A stretch of DNA of 63,976 nt, counting the filler, from Olpidium bornovanus S191 (taxonomy: Eukaryota; Fungi; Olpidiomycota), in the NCBI GenBank assembly GCA_017911155.1. It is 27 parts of 27 records of this genome, joined end to end, with 100 filler letters (N's around TTAATTAATTAA, not from the genome) between each part and the next. Parts side by side here need not be neighbours in the genome. Positions count along the whole stretch, not along the records: positions 1 to 3,085 come from JAEFCI010000070.1; positions 3,186 to 6,353 come from JAEFCI010008026.1; positions 6,454 to 7,686 come from JAEFCI010002784.1; positions 7,787 to 14,948 come from JAEFCI010011917.1; 23 more parts are not named here. The stretch is one strand, 5' to 3'. Shown in pieces: positions 1 through 10,504 of the stretch. Each line of letters opens with the position of its first letter. Position 1 is the stretch's first letter. The notes beneath the pieces were generated by a model, which was not told the origin of the DNA, searched no databases, and was given only the letters and a program-made list of their open reading frames with translations. Position numbers and translations under genes: made by a program.

Positions 1-1080
1 GGATCCCACCTTGCCCGAAACGTGACGGGAGCGTTGTCCCGTCTGACCGGTTTCAGCATTTAGCGCAGCCTGGAAGTTTTGACACTGGGCCCGGCGATTC
101 CCCGCGACGTCACACCACATGCACACTTCTGGCTGTGCAGGGACCGACCGCGGCGACGGCCCAAAGGCGTACCCGGCCCCTGGTACGGAGTGCCCTTGCG
201 AGTGGTGGATCACCATCCCTTTTGATTGGACCTGTAGTGCCCCGCCGAGAGCACCTGATATTGAGATGCAGGGCCCCCATCTGGCGGACCAGGTCGCCCT
301 GGTTGTCCATCTTTCCTTCCCTTCCCAAGGTTGCTGCCTGCCCTGGTCTCACTCCGACCGCGCTCTCGCTCAAGAGCGCCGCGCCGCCCTTTCTTGCATC
401 CGGTTGCAACGTCGCATTCTCTCATGATTGCTCGCGACCCGCGTCTACCCCCAAGCCGTCCAGCTCCTCTACGCGCCGCAACATGCGGTCCCTCTGAGAG
501 AGGTCATACATGACTTCCTCAACCCAGTCCCAATTGGCAATTCCCCATGTCTTAACCTCCTTGTTGCCTCCTTACGGAGTGACGCCAGCAGCGCCCGTAT
601 GAGCCATTCGGCCTTGTCGAAAAAGTAGGCTTGTTCTCTTTTGTCCAGCTGCTCGAGCTCGCGGTCGAACGCGCGGAGAATAGACTCAGGGTCAGAGGAG
701 TCCTTCCTCTCACACCGCACCCATTCCGCAAATCGTTTGTCGGTCGACCGTGTATCGTCACGCTCGCGGAAAGCCTCCTTCATGTTTTCTTTCGTCTCGG
801 CCCATGTATCTGCCAGCGCTGTGGCTTTGGCCACCTTGATCAAACTATCTTTGTGGACAGTCAACTTAAAGCACCTCATAAGCTCTGCATCGGACAACTC
901 CCACTGGCGGACTGTTGTCTCATACAGCCGCAGATACGCCGAGATATTCTCCTCCTTGAACAACCCGTTCTCCTTGGTGAACTGAACCACTGCCGCCCGC
1001 ACCTCAGCCGCGCGCATCTGCGCGACAAGTGGGTATACTTCCTCCATTCCGGTCTGCACGTCCCGCTCCGACGTGCCCAC
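1..1080 (-). mobile_element. Degenerate Ty3/gypsy gag-like region
   Basis: ORF 469-1080 (GLFKEENISAYLRLYE...W...KEAFRERDDTRSTDKRFAEWV) resembles gypsy gag. After frameshifts it continues as DLVRQMGALHLNI and a decayed zinc knuckle CMWCDVAG/NRRAQC near 70-115. Confidence 0.7.
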
Positions 1081-1508
1081 CTCGTCTGCCCCACCAGTCC
1101 TGCCCGGAAGCGCCAGTTGTCAAGGAATATAACCCTCCCTCGAGGGGTGGCAGGGAGGCGGGATGGCTAGGGTCCTTGCTGCGAAGGAAGGGGGCGACGG
1201 CGGTGCGCGGGACGTACCTTCCTCCTCCTCCGAACGACTCACTTCGCCCTCCTGCGTCCGTGCCTGACCAACCCCTTCGACAGACCCTTCGAAGAAGGGT
1301 ACGACGAGCTGTTCTCCCGCTCCGTTTCCCGCTCTCTCCCTTTTGACACCTCTGCCTCATCTCAAGGAGCGCGCCGACGCCGTTCGTGGGCACCGCGATC
1401 GCAAGGCAGTCGAAGGCGGGCGGACTTCTTTCATTTGTTTATTATTTTTCCGTGGAGACGTACGAGGGAAGAACGGGCTGCAAGCTATTGTTTTTAGTGG
1501 GGGGGGGG

Positions 1509-1905
1509 TCTTATGGCAGGGCTGGCCCCGCGGCTCGGCCGCGGCAGCGAAATTTCCCCGACAACGCTAATACCGGCACCATAATATGGGATATTACAGA
1601 ATATCTCCGAGCCCGACGCCAGTACCGGAGCTGCAATACTGAATATTGCATACCGGTACGGTATACGCACCGGTACGCGCAGCCCTATCTAGAACACACA
1701 CCGTATAACCGCGCCAGCGCCGGCATTAGGCCACGCCTATATAAAGCACCACGTTCTACGTTCTTTAAATGTAAAACGTATTTAAGATCCAGAGCTCTGA
1801 ACTACATAGTTCATATCCAGACCGAGATCCAGATTCCAAAGCCAGACTCGTGTATTACTATCTCCAGATAGCGCGTTGCGCAGATTAGGTAATACACTTG
1901 TTACA
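1509..1905 (+). mobile_element. LTR-like segment with upstream polypurine tract
   Basis: A G-run at 1499-1508 precedes TCTTATGG (possibly a decayed TGTTATGG). TATATAAA lies at ~1738, the GTGTATTAC/GTAATACAC inverted repeat at 1850-1897, and the segment ends GTTACA at 1905. No second LTR copy is present to confirm it. Confidence 0.45.
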
Positions 1906-3085
1906 GTAGCTCTACCTTCTAAGCTGCCCTTCTCCGTCTGGTTGATGGTACGTGATACATGGCACGTGCCATTGCCTTTGGCGGTGCTGCCAACGACAGT
2001 AAGGCACAGATCGTCGCGGACCTGTCAGTAGCTGAAATCACTGCAGCACATGTGAAGGAAGCATTGCCAGCCTGGACGTATCCAGCCAGACGTGTTCGGA
2101 GGGCAGGGACGTAGTCTTGACATTGGGAAGAAGAGTACGTGCCGCCAGTGACCGGGAAGGCGCATGTGCCTGGCCAGTAACTAGGGAGAGGCGTATGCTG
2201 CAGCGTGTTGGCCACTGGAAATTATCCTGCGCCACACGTATTCGGAACGGACATTGGACCACGCATACACGGTGAAATTTTAGGACAATCTTTTTTGGAA
2301 TTTTCCAGCATGGCCTCGTACGGTGTTCTGGCAAAAGAAGTCATACAGGAGTCGCGGAATTCCTTGACTTTCTTAACGTATTTTCGAAGCTTGGTATGTT
2401 TGTCGACGGGCGTCGATTCCTTATCCCGGTGTTGAAAATACCGCAGGAGCGTGTTCCCGCCCTCAAGAGAGGAGAAATCGTAACTCGTACTTACGGCAGC
2501 TGAATGGGGCAGATCAGCAGGTCGTGATGAGAGGCGCGTCGACCGACCTCACGCTGGTGTCGGCAATCAAAAGTACCGTCGTCCTGAACGTTGTCTTCCA
2601 CGGATAAAATTGCCGAAGGTTCGTCTCGCGCAGTTCCGCTGGGTTGGCACGTGTAGTACACAAGTGGACTGACTGGAGCAGTTCACAAAATTGTTGAGAA
2701 ATCGCCTCGCACTTGGGCGCGCCGCGAACGTCGCGCAGTCGACGGTTTGGCTATCTCTGGAGTTTAAAGAGCAAAAAAACAAGTGATAAAAGAGAACGGC
2801 TCTAAAATCGTTTCCGTGCATCAGCAAAAACAAAAATAATGTACCATAAAATATTATTTTGCTCTTAAATAATGTAGTAACTGATCTAAATACGATCATA
2901 TCAGTTGGTACTGCAATAATTACCAGTAAACTATGCGCTAGTACTGGCATCCAATCCAACGGTACATGTCGTTCGTTCCTTCCAACACGTTGTTCAAGGC
3001 GCGCTTTTTTCTCGCCTACACCTTGCCCTGCGCTCTCTACGAAGCTGCTCACTGCGCAACACGTGCTGCTGGAGGAACAAACGAC

Positions 3086-3185
3086 NNNNNNNNNNNNNNN
3101 NNNNNNNNNNNNNNNNNNNNNNNNNNNNNTTAATTAATTAANNNNNNNNNNNNNNNNNNNNNNNNNNNNNNNNNNNNNNNNNNNN
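3086..3185. other. Artificial 100-bp contig linker (first of 26 identical linkers)
   Basis: 44 N + TTAATTAATTAA (stops in all six frames) + 44 N, repeated identically between all contigs. Confidence 0.99.
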
Positions 3186-4491
3186 CATGCGTGCACTTAT
3201 TGCCATCTTTGATGCGGCTGAGGGCGGTCAGCTTTGCTGATTTTATCCCCCGCTGCTACCGCCTCCCCCAGGGGTGGTTATTAGTGTAAATATCTTTTTG
3301 GTATTGGTCTCGGTGATCCTTTGGTGGCAGTCGCAGTGTTCGGGGTGCAAAGGGTGTTCGCACTGGTGCCTGCCGGCGGCGTGTGTTGTTATAAGCAGCC
3401 CCTTCCAGGGCGGCGGTTGTGTCAGTGCCGCAGCCGAAGCCTTCTGATACGACCGCAGACACGGTACCACCCTCCGCGCTGTCGCTCCCGCCTGCCGTCA
3501 TCGCCGAGGGCCTGCTGCTGTCCCGGTCGCCGCCACTTCCAGCCGGGGGACAGGCGTTGTCATTGGCAAAGTCGGATGTCACAGGGCACGGGCCATCATG
3601 CGTTTTGCTGTTTGCTGGAGGAGGCGCGCGCCTCTGGGCTTCGTGTCCCGCGCTGTCGCTCCTGACTGCCGTCGCCGAGGTGCTCTCCATGGGCCTGCTG
3701 ACGTCGTTTCCGCAGCTGATTCCCGCCGGGGTTTTCCGACCGCTGTCATTTGCAAAGCGGGCGCCGTAACAGGGCGTCGTTGTAGAGAAATCTCATCGTC
3801 TGTTAGCGGAAGGCGTTCGTGTTAATATTACGGCGGCGGACAAAGGATGCCGAGGGAGAAGGGGACCAGACTCGTGAGGAACACGACGCGGCGGGTTGAT
3901 TTGGCGAGGCGGCGTGCGAAAATTCAGGGAAAGCACCGGCTGGTTTCGCCGAAATGGCGAGCCTCGTTGGCCAAATTCGAGCGTGCGTTGATACGTTATG
4001 TGGAGAATGACTGCGGACGGAACCGCATTAGAAGAGAGAGAAACAAGGGGAGAAAGAGAGAGAGAGAGAAAAAGAGAGAGAGAGAGAGAGAAGGGGTTGG
4101 GTGGGGGAGGTAGGGAGAAAGAGATCGTCGAGATTAGAGTTCGAAAGGAAGGACTTGATTCCCAGCCCCCACCCTCCTTCTCTCGTCCGCTCGCATCTTT
4201 GTTGGCGGAGTTTAGGCCAGGCGGCCAAAGCAGAAAGAAAACGGTCTTCGCGTTTCTCAGGGGACCGCGCGACCTCGCCCCTGCTGACGCCCGGCGTTCG
4301 CGTGCTCACATGATATAAAAAAATTGGCTATACACAAACATGCTTAAGCGGGAGATGAGGAGGATGAGGAGGGTCGGGCCGACAGATATTAAGAGGGTAA
4401 GCCAGGTGCTGAAAGCGCCTGCAAAGGACGGCAGCGGTACGAAACCGCCTCTATTTTCAGAACGCGCGGATCCTGGCGAGTCGACTCCGTT

Positions 4492-6087
4492 TCACACGGG
4501 GAAATTCTGTCCTTTCTTCGAGGAGGAGTTCCGGAGGCGCCGGCGGCGCCAGATGGCCCGAAATCCCGCGGCGGAAGGCGGGCCGGGCGCGGCGCGGGCT
4601 GCCGCGCCTTCGGCACCGGTCGTCCCGCGCCCTCCCGCGGACCGCCAGCCGTCGAGCGGCTTGCCGTAGTCCTCCGCCGGGAGATACGGTTCCGCGCCGG
4701 CGCCCTTGTCCTCCGGGCGAAGCGCGGCGCCGGAATCCGCGGCAGGCGGCGCGGCGCACGGAACGCAGTCCGTCACGGCCCCCTCGGGGCTCGTGAGGAA
4801 GATGGTCGGAACTTGGCGGTCCGCCCCGGACTCCGGGTCCGCCTGCCGCGTCGACGGCGCGCCCCCGCTCGCAGGAGGGCGCTCGTCCGCGGGATCGGCC
4901 CGGTTCCTCGCGTAGCGTTTTCTCAGCTTCATCGGCTTTCCCGACCGGCCCGTTCCGGGCTTCCGGCCCTTGCGCCGCCGGCCCCCGGACGCGCCGCCGC
5001 CGCCGCCCGCCGCCCCTTCCGGACCGGCTGCCGGCTCCTCCGGGGCCTTCGGCGCGGGAGCCGGGCCCTCCGCCGGCGCGCGCTCGCCGTTCCTGCGGAA
5101 GACGCGCGCGGAGAGAGCGACGAGGCGGTTCTTGCGGGGCGGGGGGCGCCGCGGGGCGTCGGCGGGCGGCTCGCGCGAGAATGCCGCGTCCGCGTGCTCG
5201 ACGGCGGCCGCGGCGTCCTTTGCATCGGCCGACGGGATCTCGTCCCCGCAGGCTGCGGAAGATTCTGCCAACGCGAGGGTGCGGGGCCGCGGGGTGTTAA
5301 TGTCGGGGAAAAAACAAAAAGAAGAAAAATCACGAGTGGGCGGGGCTCGGGACGCCTTGCGCTTACCAACGGTAATGTCACCGCCCCGCCGGTCTTTGGT
5401 CTGACCGTAGCAGCTTGCGGCCGAGGGAGCCTCTCCGTCGCTCTTTCGCTCGCCGACGGTAATGCCATCCTCGCGCCGGTCCTCGGTCCGACCGTCGCCG
5501 CTTGCGGCCGAGGGAGACTCTCCGTCACCATTAAGCGCAGGCGGCGGGCGCGCGCCAGATTCCGGTCCCGCGGACCCCGCGCCGGGGTCGCCTCGGGCGT
5601 CCGCGTCGGACTGCTGATTTGCCGAATGCGCGGCAACGGACGACGGCGAGGCGGCGGGCGAGTCCGCATCGGAGACTACGACCAGAGGAATGGGAGGCGG
5701 GTTCGCCTGGAGGCCGGAGGCCGGGCCGCCGGTGGTGACGCGGGGGGTTTCGTGAAGGCCGTCCTCGTCCGTCCCCTCGTCGACGCCCGCGTCGGGCGGG
5801 CTCGGCGCAGCGCCGGGAGGAGGCGCACCCGCGGGCGGCGGGCCCTCTTCCGGCACATCCGCCGGACGGGCGGGATCCGCCGGCGGTCGAGAACCGACGG
5901 GGGGCGCCGCCGCGCGCGGTTCCTCTGTTTCCGGCGGCGGCGCGACGTCGCCGGCGGTCTCGATGCGGCTGCCGCGCCGGACCTCGACGTTGACCAGGGT
6001 CGCCTCGGGCACGACTTGCTCGCGCACCACTTGCTCACGCGCTTTCCAAAGGCCGATCAAGGCCTGGATATCGATGGAAGGGGTCAT
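4492..6087 (-). CDS. Hypothetical low-complexity Pro/Ala/Gly-rich protein with an internal 29-aa duplication
   Basis: 531-aa open frame with an 87-bp tandem duplication at ~5356-5530. No family recognised; long overlapping shadow ORFs lower confidence. Confidence 0.45.
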   Translation of the reverse strand: MTPSIDIQALIGLWKAREQVVREQVVPEATLVNVEVRRGSRIETAGDVAPPPETEEPRAAAPPVGSRPPADPARPADVPEEGPPPAGAPPPGAAPSPPDAGVDEGTDEDGLHETPRVTTGGPASGLQANPPPIPLVVVSDADSPAASPSSVAAHSANQQSDADARGDPGAGSAGPESGARPPPALNGDGESPSAASGDGRTEDRREDGITVGERKSDGEAPSAASCYGQTKDRRGGDITVGKRKASRAPPTRDFSSFCFFPDINTPRPRTLALAESSAACGDEIPSADAKDAAAAVEHADAAFSREPPADAPRRPPPRKNRLVALSARVFRRNGERAPAEGPAPAPKAPEEPAAGPEGAAGGGGGASGGRRRKGRKPGTGRSGKPMKLRKRYARNRADPADERPPASGGAPSTRQADPESGADRQVPTIFLTSPEGAVTDCVPCAAPPAADSGAALRPEDKGAGAEPYLPAEDYGKPLDGWRSAGGRGTTGAEGAAARAAPGPPSAAGFRAIWRRRRLRNSSSKKGQNFPV

Positions 6088-6453
6088 TCAAAAGGCGGAT
6101 GTATGCAAAAAATGGGAGGGGCAATAAAGAAAAGAAAGATGAAATTGGGTCGCAGCGGGCAGTTCGAAGACTCTGTGGCAACCCCTTGGTGGATGAAACG
6201 TGGAGGAAAAAAATGGCGGGGGGGTCCCTTATTTTTTCTTCCCTCTTCGCCGTTTTTCCGCCGGGGCGAGATTCCTGACGGGGCGTCGAGGGGCGCCCTC
6301 CCGCCGGGGGCCGCGTGCGCGGGCGGTTGGCCGTCTTCCGTTTCCCTTCCATGNNNNNNNNNNNNNNNNNNNNNNNNNNNNNNNNNNNNNNNNNNNNTTA
6401 ATTAATTAANNNNNNNNNNNNNNNNNNNNNNNNNNNNNNNNNNNNNNNNNNNN

Positions 6454-6900
6454 ACAAACACCGGTGATGGCCTGACGTGCATCAATGGCCCCATCGAATG
6501 AGGCAACGAAGGATGACGGGGTTCGCACCCACAAAGGTTACGGGTCGAAGTTTCTAGCAGAAGAGTACGGCATGCCAACTGAAGGAGATAGGTCGGTACT
6601 TACAAGTAAGGGCAGAGAGTTCAGGCCTGAAGGTGCCACGCGGAACTACTCGATGCGTTCGGGACAGGGGGGTTGTTTGGCGGAAGCCCGGATTTGGGGT
6701 GGGGAGCTACCACGTCGCGCTGTGGCAGCCTGGAAAAATAGATGGCTGTGCTCAGAGGAGTCCAAAATTACTTGGTGAGCGGTTACTTCGGAGTAGGGCG
6801 AACATACGTGAAAGTGAAACGGAGGTATTTCTGGCCGGGATGACGGAGGGACGTCGAAGATTATGCCCGGTCTTGCGAGATCTGTCAGGGGTGTTCGATG
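6454..6900 (+). mobile_element. Degenerate Ty3/gypsy pol (integrase zinc-binding region)
   Basis: Reads VVWRKPG...SGYFGVGRTYVKVKRRYFWPG*RRDVEDYARSCEICQ with frameshifts and a stop. Same family as 57763-58299. Confidence 0.8.
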
Positions 6901-7786
6901 TCACGGTTGCGCCGTCAAAACCGTTTCCTGCCAGCTGCCAAACCTTTCTGTGCCGATGGAAGCAGGCGAGAGCCGCGAATCGTGTGAAGCCATGATCCGC
7001 AAGGCGACGAGATAAACGGTCGCATTAAGTGCGCCTGCTGCGTCTTTTCACGTGAACGACCGCTAACCAGTTTTTCCCTGGCGCCAAAAACGTGAACGGA
7101 AGTCACGTTCCCGGCGCCGTGTGGGAGAATCCTTAGCGGGGTCACACGACAAGACATGTGGCGGGGGCAACAAGGGCAGACGAAGATGGAGCGCAGGACC
7201 GCGCGCGGTGCTGAGAGGGCCTCTGGCCAATGAAGTGGAAGGGGTTATTGATCGTCCAGGTCGATGAATCACACTGTGGCCGTGCCAATGACATCGCGCA
7301 TGACCTCACCGAAGATCATTCACCCGGACACTTCGGACGCGTCGGCTTGGCCGATAGGCGAGCTTTCGCTTGGAATACGACCAATTGGAATGCTCAAGCA
7401 ATCTTAACGTCGGCGTTGGCCAACTATCCTCACTTTCTTCATGGACGCCGAAAGACAGGCACTGGGTACTGGTTGGCTGGACTACTTGGAGGTCGCTGCG
7501 GCTGCGTACTCCTTCATGCTCTACAGGTATCGGGCTTATCTTGAGCCACCGCTATGACGCCACGCCATGGGGCGCCGCCAAATCGGTAGATACGTTTACC
7601 ATACTGACGTGGGGGCCCTGGCTCCAGGACAGTATTGACGTCGGCTGAGGGCCAACGATGACCAGTTTTTCAGCCACGACGTGGCCNNNNNNNNNNNNNN
7701 NNNNNNNNNNNNNNNNNNNNNNNNNNNNNNTTAATTAATTAANNNNNNNNNNNNNNNNNNNNNNNNNNNNNNNNNNNNNNNNNNNN

Positions 7787-9317
7787 CATGGATGGCGGCG
7801 TCGGCGGCTTCAATCGATTATCGGTCCTCAGGGGCATCTGCCTCTCCGTAGGAGTGCAGATGAAGTGCAGGGATTACGTGTTCACGCGCGAGAAGCCGGA
7901 CGGCAACATTACTGAGCATAAAAAGCATTGGGAGGAGACAAACCGAAAGCAGGGCAAGAGGACCCGATCCCATTCCTCGGAAACCGAGGATCTTGCGGCG
8001 CAAGTGCTGACTTTCCTGCCCGAGGACGTTTTAAACCTGTTCCCGATCGTCAAGCAGGCCGCACCATCTGTGAGTGCCTGACTCAATCTATCCTACAATA
8101 GACTGCGGTGTTGTGTCGCTAGTCGATAACTTAGCTTAACCGGTCGGTCGCTTTGACAGAGCGCCGTAGCGGTCGAGACGTTCAATGCCGGCAATTGCGC
8201 CTTTGCGCAGGGCCAGAAGAAGTTGGGCTGGGAGTTGCTTGGCGAGTCGATCGCGATCCACGAGCATGTATACGGTCTTGTCCACCCGGAGGTCGCCAAG
8301 TGTTACGCTTCGGTGGCCATGGCGCACTATCAGAGTGACATGACCGAGTCCGCGGTCGATCTTCAGAAGCGTGCCGTGGTCATTTTTGAGAGGACGATCG
8401 GTTTCGACAGCCACGAGGCCCTACATGGGTATATCAACCTTGGCCTCTATGAGTATTCCCGCGGCTGCCACAACACCGCCCTTCGCTATCTGCTGCACGC
8501 CCGGGAACTCGCCGCCGTCGTCTCTGGGCCAATCCACCTAGAGGCAGCGATCATGGATGTAAATTGTCGCATCCGTTTTCTCGCCTATCCGGTGTGCGTT
8601 TGAGTCACTGGGTCTCACATAAGCTACATATTTTTTTCCCTAGAATAACATTGGCATGGTTTTGCAAGCCGGCCGTGATTTTGAAAGGAGCCTTTCATTT
8701 TTTGAAAGCTCGCGGGACAGTTACAGCAAGCTGTACGGAGCCGACCACATTGCCACTGCGAACAGCTGTCATCATGTGGCACGTGCGCGGTTTTTCTTGC
8801 AGGACTACAAGGCCGCGCTGGAGAATGAGAGGGCAGCCTTCAAGGTTTTTAAGGCTGTGTACGGCGAGGATCACCCGCGCACCAAGGAAAGCGGACGGTG
8901 GTTGCAGGAGTTCACTAAGAACGCAGTCGTCACGGTGCGTGCATCCTTTCGCGCGTTCTTTCCCGCGAGGTCCGTTTTTGTGAGATGTCGGTGGCAGAGT
9001 ATGGTGGTTGTTGAGCTATATTTTTCTTGTTTGTCGGCCGGCACGATTAGGCCAAGACTCTCAAACACATCAGCAGCAGGTGTCCGTTCGGCTCTTCGTT
9101 CAGGCCCGCACAGCTCCCACGCCCGACAGCTTACCGGGTTCGCGCAGCCAACGCCAACGCGATGGCGTCCCTGGCATCGACGGAGGACTTCGGCGTGGCA
9201 TCCATGGGTCATCTACCGATTGACGAGTTGGTGACGTACATCAACAGGCCGGCGACGGACACGACGAGGGCACGGAAGGCCGCCAGGAAGCAGAAAAAGC
9301 AGACGGACAGTCCTTAA
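7787..9317 (+). CDS. CLU1: Clustered mitochondria protein (CLU1/TIF31), 3' part with TPR region, spliced
   Basis: Exons encode LTFLPEDVLNLFPIVKQAAP, GWELLGESIAIHEHVYGLVHPEVAKCY, NNIGMVLQ, YGEDHPRTKESGRWLQEFTKNAV and C-terminal GHLPIDELVTYIN. GT-AG introns; TAA at 9315-9317. Confidence 0.92.
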
Positions 9318-9559
9318 AGTTTACGTGGCCGTGGTCAGAGCGCGCCGTCCTCCGGTTCTGCAACAGCAGTAACGCGAGAAATGCATAAATCCGCCCGGCC
9401 GCCATGGTTTTGTGGCTCATGGTAACCGCATCACTTCACCTCCTCACACTGCACCTATTAACGCACACACACGCACACTGCACCTCTTGACGCACACACA
9501 CGCACACACGCACCCATTCCTTCTCTTCTCCCCTATCTGCACTAAAAAAGCAGTTGGCT

Positions 9560-9612
9560 GCGCGTTCTCTCTCTCTCACTTACTCTCTCTCTCTCTGTCT
9601 CTCTCTCTATCT
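9560..9612. repeat. (CT)n microsatellite
   Basis: Direct reading. Confidence 0.85.
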
Positions 9613-10504
9613 GTTTACTTTTTGTCTTGCTCTCTCAAAACATGCCCTCTCATCTTTGTTTGTATAACATTAGATAGGATTTTTGTATAGGAATATCACA
9701 TGCGGCGCTAGATAAATGCTCGGGTGCGGGCTGGATCGCCATCTCGCGGGCGCTTCTTTCCGGCAGAACACAGGCGCCGCCGCTATTTATGAGCCGTCAA
9801 GGCCAGTTGCCCAAAGACTTTTTTGCCGTGCTGTTTGAAGGCGGATGGCCGGTCTCGAGCGAGAACTCTTCGTATTTTTATTTTTTATTTTTTATTTTTT
9901 ATTTTTTTTTTCAGGTTGTTGGGGCCCCCACATCTGGAAGGGGTGTTCCTTTTGGTTAAAGAGCCGACGAAAACCGGAGGCGTTCCGCGGCCGCAACAGC
10001 GCGTGCGAGGGATTTGACGACCGGCCCGCTACGGGCGGTCTGAGGAGGAAAGCCAGGTTCACTCGCAATCGCCAAATGCCTCGCTCCAGACACACCTTCT
10101 TTCCCCCGCTTCCTCACATTACGAACGCCAAAAAAAAAAAAAAAAAAAAAGGAGAAAGGGGCAGGGCCGACTTTCCGGTCCGGGTTTTCCTTCAAAGGTT
10201 TTTGCCGGTTTGCCAGGGGCGTTTTGTGTTGGCTCTCCGCTCCCGGCGGCCGTCGCAGGCGGGCGGGCGGGGGAGGAAAAGGGGAAGGGGAAAAAGGGGA
10301 TGGGCGGTGTCGGTGGCGGTGGCGCGGCGGCTCGGCTGAGAAGACACGCCCGGGCGCTGCCGGGAGGAAAAGAGGGACGCGCCCACCCCGCCCTTCCCAC
10401 CCGCCGCGGAGCTCGTCGTCATCATCGTGTCGCGCGAACGCGGAAACGTCGCTTTCGGCCAGGCCGACGAAAACGCTTCGGGAGCTCCGGCGAATTCCAC
10501 GGCC

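Noticed and set aside
3130-3141. Recurrent TTAATTAATTAA motif and the ORFs that end in 'LIN' or 'XXXN'
   Set aside because: Artificial six-frame-stop linker; not biological.
4813-6405. 530-aa plus-strand Arg-rich ORF and similar overlapping ORFs (e.g. 21847-23037, 22403-23422, 33964-35190)
   Set aside because: Shadow frames of GC-rich genes; no domain motifs.
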